Of a DNA stretch of 64,000 nucleotides, positions 1 through 8,448 are shown piece after piece (the stretch's first letter is position 1; the number at the start of each line of letters is the position of its first letter). The position numbers were made by a program, and so were the translations under genes. The stretch comes from an uncultured Spirochaetales bacterium (GTDB lineage: Bacteria; Myxococcota_A; UBA9160; UBA6930). Under the pieces are notes generated by a model, which had not been told where the DNA came from, made no database searches, and saw only the letters and a program-made list of their open reading frames with translations. The stretch lies in the NCBI GenBank assembly GCA_964501435.1, contig CAZCTH010000005.1, forward strand, positions 22,507-86,506, in the 5' to 3' direction.

Positions 1-71
1 ACCGTGCCGCGGGCCTCATTCTCGCTTGTCAGGCGCGCGCGACCGGCGACATCGCGGTCGAGGCCTAACGC

Positions 72-824
72 TTGCGCGAGCGGGAGCGCGTCGTCGTCGG
101 CGGACTCACGGCACTGATGCTGCTGCTCTGGCTCGGCTTCCTGATCCATCGCTCGCCGCGATTTGCGGGGAGCCTCACCGGAGCCGTCCTCGGCATCACC
201 GCAGCGCTGCTCATGCTCGTTCCGCTCGCATATCTGCTCGTGAAGCGGGTCGGCGTTCTGCGAGGGCGCGTGACCGCGCGCGTGTCGCTCCGCACGCTGC
301 TCGCATGGCACATCTACGCCGGGATCGTCGGGGCGATCCTCGCGCTGCTTCACACGGGGCATCGGTTCGCGAGCCCGATTGGAATCGCGCTCATCTCGCT
401 CGTTCTCGTGGTGGCGCTCAGCGGATTCGTAGGCCGGTACCTGCTCCGACGAATTGGCGAGGAGGAACGCGACCGGCGCGCGCAGCGCGACGCGTTGCGT
501 GCCGAGTATGAGAAGGTTGCGGAGGAGCTTCGCAACGGAGACGCCGCGCTCCTGGCGCCGTTCGCGACCCCCGTTCGGGGGCTTCTTGCGCGTGTCCTGT
601 TCGTTCGTGAGGAGGGACCGTCGCTTGCGTCGTCGCCCGCTCTGCGCGCGATCGCCGTTGCTGAGGGGCTCTCCGACCTTGAGTACGCCGTGCGGACGCA
701 GGAGCTGTTCCGACTTTGGTTCTCGCGCTGGCTGCGCTTTCACATCGTACTCTCGGGCTTCGTGTACGCACTGCTTGCGGTACACGTCGCCGTCGAGCTC
801 TCGCTCGGGGTGCGCTGGCTGTGA
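72..824 (+). CDS. polytopic membrane protein of unknown function with histidines inside predicted TM helices
   Basis: 250-aa ORF starting at TTG, just after an in-frame TAA at 66-68. Hydrophobic helices: LTALMLLLWLGFLI, GAVLGITAALLMLVPLAYLL, AWHIYAGIVGAILALLHTGH, IALISLVLVVALSGFV, RFHIVLSGFVYALLAVHVAV. Its stop (TGA 822-824) overlaps GTG 821 of the next gene. Confidence 0.6.
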   Translation: MRERERVVVGGLTALMLLLWLGFLIHRSPRFAGSLTGAVLGITAALLMLVPLAYLLVKRVGVLRGRVTARVSLRTLLAWHIYAGIVGAILALLHTGHRFASPIGIALISLVLVVALSGFVGRYLLRRIGEEERDRRAQRDALRAEYEKVAEELRNGDAALLAPFATPVRGLLARVLFVREEGPSLASSPALRAIAVAEGLSDLEYAVRTQELFRLWFSRWLRFHIVLSGFVYALLAVHVAVELSLGVRWL

Positions 825-1507
825 GGGTGCAAGCCGCTGCGTTGATCGCTCTTCTCGCAGCGTCGACTGCGTGCGAGCGGGAGCTGCCCTCCCAGGCGTG
901 GCGGCTCGTCGAGCAGCAGGCTCTGCCCGGTCCATTGTCACCTTCGCACGCCGCGCTGACTGGCGAGTGCGGCGCGTGCCACATGCCGATTCGCGGCGTC
1001 GAAGCGGCGTCGTGCATCGCATGTCACGCTCTGAATGGATCGCTCGTTGCCCAGCAGACCACCGCCTTCCACGCCTCCGCGAGCGAATGCACTGGTTGTC
1101 ACGTCGAACACGCTGGAGCCGCGGCCCTGCGCGGTCCCATGGACCACGAACGCTTCGCGCAGCTAGTGGCGACGGACGATCCTGCCTCGAGGAACCGCGC
1201 GCAGGATCTTTCCTGCGTGCAGTGTCACGAGCTTCAGGACACGCACGCCGCGCTCTTTGGCCGCGACTGCGCGGCGTGTCACGCCACGGAGGGGTGGGCG
1301 ATCGGCGAGTATCGCCACCCGAGCGGGGAGTCGCGCGACTGCGCGCAGTGCCACCAAGCTCCGCCTAGCCACTTCATGGAGCATTTCGCCATGGTGTCGC
1401 AGCGGGTCGCGCGGCAGGAGCACGCGTCCGTCGCAGAGTGCTACCGCTGCCATCTCCCGACCCACTGGAACGACATCCGGGGCGTCGGCTTCTACGACCA
1501 TCACTGA
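821..1507 (+). CDS. heptahaem c-type cytochrome, probable lipoprotein
   Basis: Seven CxxCH motifs: CGACH, CIACH, CTGCH, CVQCH, CAACH, CAQCH, CYRCH. Signal/lipobox-like N-terminus VRVQAAALIALLAASTAC when started at GTG 821 or 827. The track ORF 716-1507 has an implausible Arg-rich extension. Confidence 0.85.
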   Translation: MRVQAAALIALLAASTACERELPSQAWRLVEQQALPGPLSPSHAALTGECGACHMPIRGVEAASCIACHALNGSLVAQQTTAFHASASECTGCHVEHAGAAALRGPMDHERFAQLVATDDPASRNRAQDLSCVQCHELQDTHAALFGRDCAACHATEGWAIGEYRHPSGESRDCAQCHQAPPSHFMEHFAMVSQRVARQEHASVAECYRCHLPTHWNDIRGVGFYDHH

Positions 1508-1544
1508 AGCTCTGGGTGTCACCGCGGCCGCGCTCGTCGCGTAG

Positions 1545-2075
1545 ATGCGATCGGCGATGTCGTGCTGCGAGGCAAGCAAGGTGACCGAGTACCCGCGGCG
1601 GAATGAACAAGTGACCCTCGTTCGAGCCGGCGCGCAGGAGTTGTTTCGAGAGCTCGACGATCACACACGCCTCTCCGCGCACATGAAGAAGAGCTCGTGG
1701 ATGATGGTCGGCTCGCGTATGGAGCTGCGGCTCGACGATGCGCACGGCCGTGCCGTTGGCTCACGCATCCAACTGGTCGGCCAAGTCCTGGGGGTCCCAA
1801 TCGCCGTCGACGAGGTCGTCACCGAGCGGACACCCCCAACGCGGAAGAGCTGGGAGACGCAGGGCGTGCCACTCCTGCTCGTCATCGGCCCGTATCGGAT
1901 GGGCTTCGAGATCTCTCCTACCGCCAGCAGCGATGTGGTTCAGCTCCGTGTGTTCATCGAGTACGCATTGCCGAAGGGGCCGGCGCGATGGTTGGCGCGC
2001 GGCCTCGGACCTGTCTACGCGCGCTGGTGCGTGCGGCGAATGGCGAAGGACGGCGCGCGGCGGTTTCCGTCATGA
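1545..2075 (+). CDS. SRPBCC (START/polyketide-cyclase-like) family protein
   Basis: 176 aa. The segments HMKKSSWMMVGSRM..., GSRIQLVG..., PLLLVIGPYRMGFEI... and YARWCVRRMAKD match my recollection of the SRPBCC ligand-binding family. The exact start is uncertain. Confidence 0.55.
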   Translation: MRSAMSCCEASKVTEYPRRNEQVTLVRAGAQELFRELDDHTRLSAHMKKSSWMMVGSRMELRLDDAHGRAVGSRIQLVGQVLGVPIAVDEVVTERTPPTRKSWETQGVPLLLVIGPYRMGFEISPTASSDVVQLRVFIEYALPKGPARWLARGLGPVYARWCVRRMAKDGARRFPS

Positions 2076-3143
2076 CGTCGACGGGTCGGCGCCGACCCGG
2101 TCGCTGTCGAGCAGCGCGCGCGCAGCGCGCCGTGCGGCACCGAGCAGCGCGGCGTCCTCGTCGAGCACGACGCGCACGGGCACGCGCTCGAGGAGTGGCC
2201 GGTGCCTTCCCTTGTCGAGGAAGCCTTCCGCAAAGACGCCGCTACGCAGCGCCGGCAGAATCTTCGGGGCGACTCCGCCCGCGAGGAACACGCCCCCCGT
2301 CGCCATGAGACACAAGGCGAGATCTCCTGCGACGGCACCGTAGAACCGAGCGAAGAGCGTCAGCGCGGCGGAACATGTGGGACACCCGTTTCTCAATCCG
2401 CAAGCGCTGATTTCGGTGGGCGCAGCGGCGCGCTCGCGCTCTAGGAGCGCCTCGACGTGGAGGGCGCGCGGCAGCTGCTGTTCTGCTAGGTACTCGTAGA
2501 GATTCACGAGCCCGGGCCCCGAGACCACGCGCTCCCAGCTCACGCGGCCGATGCGCCGCTGCAGGAAGCGCAGGAAGCCGATCTCCTGATCGTCGCGTGG
2601 CGCGAGGCCGATGTGACCGCCTTCCGACGGGAAAGAGGTCCATTGATTTCCGCGAGTCGGCGCGAGAATCGCCATTCCCAGACCCGTGCCCGCGGCTACG
2701 ACGGCAGCGCACTGGCGTGTGGACGAGACACCCTCCCCTGCAAGGAGGGTCTCGAAGTCGCTCTCGGGTCGCTCTGTAATCCCCTCCGCAGTGGCGACGA
2801 GATCGTTCACGAGATCGGCGGATGCGATTCCAAAGGCTGAAGCAACGGTTTTCGCATCGACGACCCACCCGAGATTCGGGGCCACCGCACGTCCACCGAA
2901 GACCGGTCCCGCGACCCCGAGACACGCCCGAGCGATCGCTTTCGGGCGGCCCACGTCGCCGAGGAAGTGATCGATGACCTCCAGGGCGCCCTTGTGCGCT
3001 GCGCTTGCGTAGCGCCTCTTGTGGAGCAGCGTGAGGGTCGTCGGCCCCCGATCGGAGCCAGGCTCGACCTGCCATAGTCCTAGGCTCGTCTTGGTCGCTC
3101 CGAGGTCGCCCGCCAGCACCTTGGACGATCTCACGGCACTCAT
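2070..3143 (-). CDS. glk: glucokinase
   Basis: N-terminal LAGDLGATKTSLGLW (actin-fold phosphate-1 motif), then GVAGPVFGG, AAGTGLGMA and FLAGGVAPKILP. The start is placed at MSAVRSSKVLAGD (ATG 3143), which overlaps the stop of the upstream gene as ATGA. Confidence 0.8.
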   Translation of the reverse strand: MSAVRSSKVLAGDLGATKTSLGLWQVEPGSDRGPTTLTLLHKRRYASAAHKGALEVIDHFLGDVGRPKAIARACLGVAGPVFGGRAVAPNLGWVVDAKTVASAFGIASADLVNDLVATAEGITERPESDFETLLAGEGVSSTRQCAAVVAAGTGLGMAILAPTRGNQWTSFPSEGGHIGLAPRDDQEIGFLRFLQRRIGRVSWERVVSGPGLVNLYEYLAEQQLPRALHVEALLERERAAAPTEISACGLRNGCPTCSAALTLFARFYGAVAGDLALCLMATGGVFLAGGVAPKILPALRSGVFAEGFLDKGRHRPLLERVPVRVVLDEDAALLGAARRAARALLDSDRVGADPSTS

Positions 3144-3604
3144 CGGTGCCGCCTGTGCGCCGCCCACGCAAGACCGAAGGGCGGCAACACTGCCCACTGA
3201 AGCAGGGGTGTTAGGCCGACGCCGAGGGCCGGAACGACGGGCATGGAGGCGCGATATCGCCAGGAAGCGTTATCGAGATTTCTGTTCTCGCTGTAGACCG
3301 TGTACGCGAGGCCGAGAAGCGTGGCGAGCGTGACGACCGCCGCGAACTGGCGCACGGGCCACGCGGAATCTCCCAACAGCGCGAGCGCCGCGACGAGGCA
3401 AGCCGAGGCGATGACGAGATCGCCCGCGGTGCAGTGAACGACAGCAAACGCGATCTCGCCGGCGGTCCCGTCCTCCCAGATGGTGTACAGCGGAACGTGC
3501 GCGGCCTCCCACGTAAGGTGCGCGCCGAGTGTGAAGAGCGCATAGCGGCGGAGGGTCGCGAGCCAGCTGCGACCCCCGCGCGCGCCGTCTTCGCTCACAG
3601 CCAT
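3140..3604 (-). CDS. small integral membrane protein, function unknown
   Basis: 154 aa with about 4 hydrophobic helices. High GC3. It overlaps the copB stop by 10 nt and the glk start by 4 nt, so it is co-transcribed. Confidence 0.55.
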   Translation of the reverse strand: MAVSEDGARGGRSWLATLRRYALFTLGAHLTWEAAHVPLYTIWEDGTAGEIAFAVVHCTAGDLVIASACLVAALALLGDSAWPVRQFAAVVTLATLLGLAYTVYSENRNLDNASWRYRASMPVVPALGVGLTPLLQWAVLPPFGLAWAAHRRHR

Positions 3605-4338
3605 AGTCTCAGCCCGACGACGAACGCCGCGTCGCTGGCTCCCTCGCCTCGGCTGCGCGCGAGGTCGGCCGTGTCACCTAGGCGCCGGATCCAGCTGAAT
3701 CCGACGTAGGGCGCGAGCTCACGGCGGAGCTCGAAGCGGAGGCGGAGGCCGAGCTCGACGTCGTTGATGCCGCTCCGAGTGCCGAAGGCGTCCGCATCGC
3801 CTGCGGATGCGTTGAGCTCGATCCGCGGCTGCGCGATCACTCGCTGGGTCACGTACCAGTCCGTGGTCGCGGTGATGCGCGCAGAGACGTCTCCTTCGTC
3901 GCTCACGAACAGCGAGGGCTCGAGCTCGATCCGAAACGGGGCGAGTCCCTCGGCGCTCAGTACGGCGTGCGTCCGCTCGCGATTGCGCCCGGGGCCGTAC
4001 ACGACGTCCTGGCGTACGCCGACGAGCAAGTCCCAAAACGGAGCGATCTGCCGGCCGTAGTAGACCGACACCTCGGCATCGCCGGCGCCGCCGGCCATGC
4101 GCGGGTCCCCCTCGGACCTGAGCCAGAACCGATTCGTATCACCGCCGAGCCAGGCCTCGATGTCCCAGCGCGCGAAGTTCGAGTCCTTCTGCCAGCGGTG
4201 CTCGAGCTGATCGACGATGAAGCTCGAGAACAGCGCGCTGTCCTCCTCGGCACGTGCGGCCGTCGCCAAAGCGGCCCCGCCCACGAGCAGGACGAGTGCT
4301 CCAAGGATCCGGCCGACCGTTCCGCCGAGACGAATCAT
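3595..4338 (-). CDS. copB: copper resistance outer-membrane protein CopB/PcoB
   Basis: Signal peptide, then FIVDQLEHRWQKD and WDIEAWLGGDTNRFWLRSEGD, which are typical of CopB. ATGA overlap with the copA stop. Confidence 0.85.
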   Translation of the reverse strand: MIRLGGTVGRILGALVLLVGGAALATAARAEEDSALFSSFIVDQLEHRWQKDSNFARWDIEAWLGGDTNRFWLRSEGDPRMAGGAGDAEVSVYYGRQIAPFWDLLVGVRQDVVYGPGRNRERTHAVLSAEGLAPFRIELEPSLFVSDEGDVSARITATTDWYVTQRVIAQPRIELNASAGDADAFGTRSGINDVELGLRLRFELRRELAPYVGFSWIRRLGDTADLARSRGEGASDAAFVVGLRLWL

Positions 4339-6278
4339 CCGTGGTCACCTTCGTGCGGCGCGACGGAGACGACTCGAAACATGCCCATGTGCATGTGAAA
4401 GAGGAGATGGCAGTGAAAGGCCCAGCTCCCGAGCGCATCCGCCTCGACGAGCACCGTGAGGCGTTCGGCCGGCTTCACGTTCACGGTGTGCTTGCGCGGG
4501 ATCCACTCTCCTGCGCCGTTCTCGAGCTGCATCCACATCCCATGCAAGTGGATCGGATGCTCCATCATCGTGTCGTTCACGAGCGCGAGCCGCAGGAGCT
4601 CGCCGTGCCGGAACGGGATAGGGCCCTTCACCTCTGCGTACTTCACGCCGTCGAAGGACCACATGTATCGCTCCATGTTCCCGGTGAGGTGGAGCTCGAG
4701 CTCTCGATCCGGCTCGCGCTGCGGGCGCGGCACCGTGCTGCGGAGGTCGGTGTACAAGAGAACGCGGGTGCCCGTGTTCTCGAGGCCGGCGCCGGGCTCG
4801 TGAAGTCGGCTGCGCGGCTGCTCCGTCACCGTCGCATTGCCGGGTCCGTGGTGGTCGGGTCCGTGGCGAAAGGGCCGAGGCACGGCGTTCGGTGGGGCTC
4901 CATGACCTGCGTGCTCGCCCGGCGGCGGTGACGGTGCGGCCCCCATGCTTTCGTGATCCGCCATCGCCCCGCTCGTTCGATCGGCGCTCCCCGCCATCGC
5001 CCCGTTGCGCACCTGCGGCGTTGGCGTGGCCATCGCCGAGTGATCGCCGGTCGGGGGCGCAGCCCTCTCATTCACCGCGGGCGAATCCATGCTCATTCCG
5101 GCGTGTTCACCCGCCTCCATCGCCATTCCCATGTCCGCCATCGTTCTCAGGGGGCGCGATCGGCGCTCTGGCAGCGGCGCTTCGAGGCCGAGGCGAGGTG
5201 TTAGGGTGCCCCGCACGTAACCGCTGCGGTCCAAGGTCTCGGCGAAGACGGTGAAGGGGCGTTCCTCGTTCGGCTGAACGATCACGTCGTACGTCTCGGC
5301 GACGGCGATCCGGAGCTCGTCGACGCGAACGGGCGCGACGTTCTGGCCGTCGGCCTGGACGACTTCGAGCGAGAGCCCTGGAATCCGGATGTCGAACGTC
5401 GTCATCGCCGAAGCGTTGATGAGGCGCAGGCGCAGACGCTCGCCCGCCGCGAAGAGGGCGCTCCAGTTCGAAGCGCTCGGGACGCCGTTCATCAGGTACG
5501 TGTACGAGGCGCCGGTCACGTCCGCGAAGTCGGTGGGATCCATGCGCATCGCGGCCCATTCGCGTCGGTCGGCGACTGCCGCGCGAAAGCCGCGCGTACG
5601 AATGTCTCGCGCGAAGTCGCCGAGCGTGCGGCGCTGGAAATTGTCGTACCCGGGACGGCTCTTCAGATCATGGAGCAGCGCGTAGGGGTCCTTGAAGGTC
5701 CAGTCGCTGAGGAGAACGACGTAGTCGCGCTCGTAGTCGAACGGATCGGGCTCGCGCGGATCGATGATGAGGGGCCCGTAGACGCCGGTCTGCTCCTGGA
5801 GGCCCGAGTGGCTGTGGTACCAGTAGGTGCCGCTCTGAACGACGCGGTAGCGGTACGTGAAAGTCTCGCCGGGTCGAATGCCTGGGAAGCTGACGCGAGG
5901 CACGCCGTCCATCTCAGGCGGCACCAATAGGCCGTGCCAGTGGATCGAAGAGTCCTCGTCGAGAGCGTTCGTGACGCGGAGGGTCGCGGTCTCGCCTTCA
6001 CGCAGACGGACGAGGGGGCCCGGGAGCGAGCCGTTGATGCAGGTGACCGCGCCCGGGCGCTCGCCGACCGGAAGCGTTTCTCGGTGGATGCGTAGGTCGA
6101 TCTCGGAACTGGGCGATCCCGCCGACCCTTCGCTGACAGCGTAGGCCGGCAGTAGCTGAACGAGAGAGCTGCCGAGTGCGGCGCTTGCCGCCGTCTTCAA
6201 CAGTGCGCGTCGATTCCACCCGCGAGCGTCTCGAGAAGCCATCGCCGCGAGGGGCTCGCTACGGCTTGTGCGGCGCAT
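4335..6278 (-). CDS. copA: copper-resistance multicopper oxidase CopA/PcoA (Tat-exported)
   Basis: Tat signal RRALLKTAASAALG. Multicopper-oxidase copper-ligand motifs IHWHGL, WYHSHSG, HPIHLHGMW and HCHLLFHMHMGM. Internal Met/His/Gly-rich insert. An alternative start at 6242 (MASRDARGW) is possible. Confidence 0.92.
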   Translation of the reverse strand: MRRTSRSEPLAAMASRDARGWNRRALLKTAASAALGSSLVQLLPAYAVSEGSAGSPSSEIDLRIHRETLPVGERPGAVTCINGSLPGPLVRLREGETATLRVTNALDEDSSIHWHGLLVPPEMDGVPRVSFPGIRPGETFTYRYRVVQSGTYWYHSHSGLQEQTGVYGPLIIDPREPDPFDYERDYVVLLSDWTFKDPYALLHDLKSRPGYDNFQRRTLGDFARDIRTRGFRAAVADRREWAAMRMDPTDFADVTGASYTYLMNGVPSASNWSALFAAGERLRLRLINASAMTTFDIRIPGLSLEVVQADGQNVAPVRVDELRIAVAETYDVIVQPNEERPFTVFAETLDRSGYVRGTLTPRLGLEAPLPERRSRPLRTMADMGMAMEAGEHAGMSMDSPAVNERAAPPTGDHSAMATPTPQVRNGAMAGSADRTSGAMADHESMGAAPSPPPGEHAGHGAPPNAVPRPFRHGPDHHGPGNATVTEQPRSRLHEPGAGLENTGTRVLLYTDLRSTVPRPQREPDRELELHLTGNMERYMWSFDGVKYAEVKGPIPFRHGELLRLALVNDTMMEHPIHLHGMWMQLENGAGEWIPRKHTVNVKPAERLTVLVEADALGSWAFHCHLLFHMHMGMFRVVSVAPHEGDHG

Positions 6279-6591
6279 CGCCCGGCGCAGGCGCCGAGCC
6301 GCGCCCGTCCATCATCGCCTCCATCATCGCGTCCATCATCCGCATGTGCTTCTTCATTTCCTCGCCGAGCCGCGCTGGATCGCTGATGCCTTCCATCATC
6401 CGCGAGTGCTCGTGCATCGCCTGCATGTGCGCGTGCATGTCCGCCATCCCGCCCGCTGCTTCGGGAGCCGAGGTCGCAGCGGCCGCCGCGCCGGGGCGTG
6501 CGTGCTTCGCGTGATCGTCGTCGTGAGCGCGAAGTCCCGACGCTCCGAGGACGAGTACTCCGACCAGGCCGAGCGCGCGCGTCAAGTTCAT
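6259..6591 (-). CDS. small secreted Met/His-rich protein (putative periplasmic Cu(I)-binding protein)
   Basis: 110 aa starting at MNLTRALGLVGVLVLGASG (signal peptide), with a GGAGGGAAA RBS. The C-terminal ~60 residues contain 14 Met and 6 His in MxxxM/MH spacing (MADMHAHMQAMHEH, KKHMRMMDAMMEAMMDG). The track ORF 6259-7305 is an artefactual extension. Confidence 0.7.
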   Translation of the reverse strand: MNLTRALGLVGVLVLGASGLRAHDDDHAKHARPGAAAAATSAPEAAGGMADMHAHMQAMHEHSRMMEGISDPARLGEEMKKHMRMMDAMMEAMMDGRGSAPAPGDAPHKP

Positions 6592-6617
6592 GTTTCCCTC
6601 CAATGCCAAGTGCGGTG

Positions 6618-7271
6618 CTAAGCGGTCGACTCGCCGCGGCTCGCCGATGCGGCGCGGAGGTGCGGAATCCACCGCGGCGTGCGTTGTGCATACGCCTCGT
6701 ACGCGGCGCCGAACGTTGCTCTCGCGTCTCGCTCCTCGTTGTGAGCGAGTCGCACGTACATGATCGCGAGCACTGGAAACATCGCGAGCGTGACGAGCGT
6801 CGGCCACTGCAGGAGGAATCCCGCCATGATCAGGAGAAAGCCGGCGTACTGGGGATGACGCAGCCGCGCGTAGGGGCCCGTCGTCGCGAGCCTTCCTTCT
6901 CGCTGCGCTGCGTAGAGCACGGGCCACGCTGCTGCGAGAATCGAGAATCCAGCACCGATCACGACGAAGCTCGCGAGGTGCAGCGGGTCGAAGTGGGGAT
7001 CGCCCTTCCAGCCGAGCAGAGTGTGCCAGAGATGCCCCGACTCGTGTGAAAAGAGGTCCACCCCAGGGAATCGCGCACCTAGCCAGCCGGAGAGAAGATA
7101 GATCGTCAGCGGGAAGCCGTACATCTCGGCGAACAGGGCCACGATGAACGCCGAGAATGCTCCGAAGGATCGCCAATCGCGCGCGGACTGGGGCTTGGCG
7201 AAGCTCGCGGCGAATAGGATGAACACGGCTGCGTTCATGAAGACGAGGGACCAGAGGCCGTAGGCAGTCAT
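6618..7271 (-). CDS. ICMT/PEMT-like membrane methyltransferase family protein
   Basis: 217 aa with about 5 TM helices. C-terminal GPYARLRHPQYAGFLLIMAGF...LAHNEERDARATFG resembles the isoprenylcysteine carboxyl methyltransferase-like family. The ATG at 7271 overlaps the stop of the upstream DUF2933-like gene (ATGA). Confidence 0.75.
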   Translation of the reverse strand: MTAYGLWSLVFMNAAVFILFAASFAKPQSARDWRSFGAFSAFIVALFAEMYGFPLTIYLLSGWLGARFPGVDLFSHESGHLWHTLLGWKGDPHFDPLHLASFVVIGAGFSILAAAWPVLYAAQREGRLATTGPYARLRHPQYAGFLLIMAGFLLQWPTLVTLAMFPVLAIMYVRLAHNEERDARATFGAAYEAYAQRTPRWIPHLRAASASRGESTA

Positions 7272-7525
7272 TTTTCTTCGTCCTCCGTGCGGTCGCGGAC
7301 ACCACGAGCGGAGTGCTGAGCGTGGTCGTGGCTCCCCCCGTGCATGAAGAAATGCATCAGCGGGCAGAGGCCCACCAGGATCCACGGCAGGAACTGCACC
7401 ACGTGCGCTCGGTGCTCCGTCCAAAGGAAGTAGGCGGCGACGGCGGCGAATCCCCAAAGCGCGATGCGCGCTGCGCGTGGGCGCTCCGGCTGTAGCGCCG
7501 GCGTTGCGTGGCCGCTGTCTCGCAT
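7268..7525 (-). CDS. small His-rich membrane protein, DUF2933-like
   Basis: 85 aa with a CAAGGAGGGC RBS and a TM segment IALWGFAAVAAYFLW...FLPWILVGLCPLMHFFMHGGSHDH. This resembles DUF2933 as I recall it. Confidence 0.6.
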   Translation of the reverse strand: MRDSGHATPALQPERPRAARIALWGFAAVAAYFLWTEHRAHVVQFLPWILVGLCPLMHFFMHGGSHDHAQHSARGVRDRTEDEEK

Positions 7526-7602
7526 CGCTCGCCCTCCTTGCTCGTGACTACGAGTGACGCCCCCTCGAGGTGACAAATCGCCGTTCCAGAGGGCGCGCAC
7601 GC

Positions 7603-8082
7603 TCAGACTTTGTCCTCCCTCTTCGACGTTGCGGTCGGCGCTTCCTCGCGCCCGCTCGCGGGGAACTGCCTCAACCGCTGCCAACCGGGCAGATGATGGG
7701 CTGCCAAGAGACCGAGCACGAGGACTGCGGAGAGCACGGCGAGCGCAACCATCCCACAGCCGACCGCGAGGCCGACCGAGGCCGTGGACCAGAGCGTCGC
7801 AGCGGTCGTCAGTCCGACGGTATTGCCTCCCTCCCGGACGATGACGCCGGCGCCGAGGAAGCCGACCCCCGTTACGACGCCGGCTGCGATGACGTGGGAA
7901 TTGGAATCTGCAGACACGTGCAGCGAGACGAGGGCGAACACACAGGCTCCCAAGGCGACGGCGCCGTACGTCCGGATGCCCGCTTCGCGCCCGTGTCGTT
8001 CGCGCTCCCAGCCGATCAGTCCGCCGAGGGCCACCGCGAGCAGTGCTCTCGACGCGATCAGCGCTTCCGCGTTCCAGTCCAA
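7603..8082 (-). CDS. mgtC: MgtC/SapB family membrane protein
   Basis: ALGGLIGWERERHGREAGIRTYGAVALGAC plus further TM helices, which is the typical MgtC N-terminal domain. Confidence 0.8.
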   Translation of the reverse strand: MDWNAEALIASRALLAVALGGLIGWERERHGREAGIRTYGAVALGACVFALVSLHVSADSNSHVIAAGVVTGVGFLGAGVIVREGGNTVGLTTAATLWSTASVGLAVGCGMVALAVLSAVLVLGLLAAHHLPGWQRLRQFPASGREEAPTATSKREDKV

Positions 8083-8164
8083 CGGTGTACGTCCTTTCGC
8101 AGCGCGAACGCCCTCGACTCGGCGGTGCCGGGCGCCGCAACTCGGTGTCGGACGGAGGGGCGCT

Positions 8165-8437
8165 CTAGCGCGCCTTCAGGAACGCCAAGAGCGCGCGGGC
8201 GTCGTCGGCCGGCAGGTTTGCGCGCACGCGCATGTGAAGCATGAGGGTGTCCCACTCCTCCGGGGCCCGCTCGGACGCTGGCCGTGCGTTGTGACAGGTG
8301 CCGCAGTACGCGCTCCACTGGCGCGCTCCTTGGCGGACGAGTTTCTTCTGGTCGGCAGCGCTGCCCTCGGCCGCCGCGAGCGACGGAAGTGCAGCCACGG
8401 TCAGCACGAGAGCGACGAGTAGACGTGTCGGCTTCAT
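8165..8437 (-). CDS. small monohaem c-type cytochrome (secreted)
   Basis: 90 aa with a signal peptide (MKPTRLLVALVLTVAALPSLAAA), a single CGTCH motif and a GGAGG RBS. It lies 11 nt downstream of the porin gene. Confidence 0.75.
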   Translation of the reverse strand: MKPTRLLVALVLTVAALPSLAAAEGSAADQKKLVRQGARQWSAYCGTCHNARPASERAPEEWDTLMLHMRVRANLPADDARALLAFLKAR

Positions 8438-8448
8438 CTCCGGACCTC

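Noticed and set aside
1-68. Possible 3' end of an upstream plus-strand gene (frame ending at TAA 66-68, high GC3)
   Set aside because: Only 22 codons are visible, which is too short to support a call.
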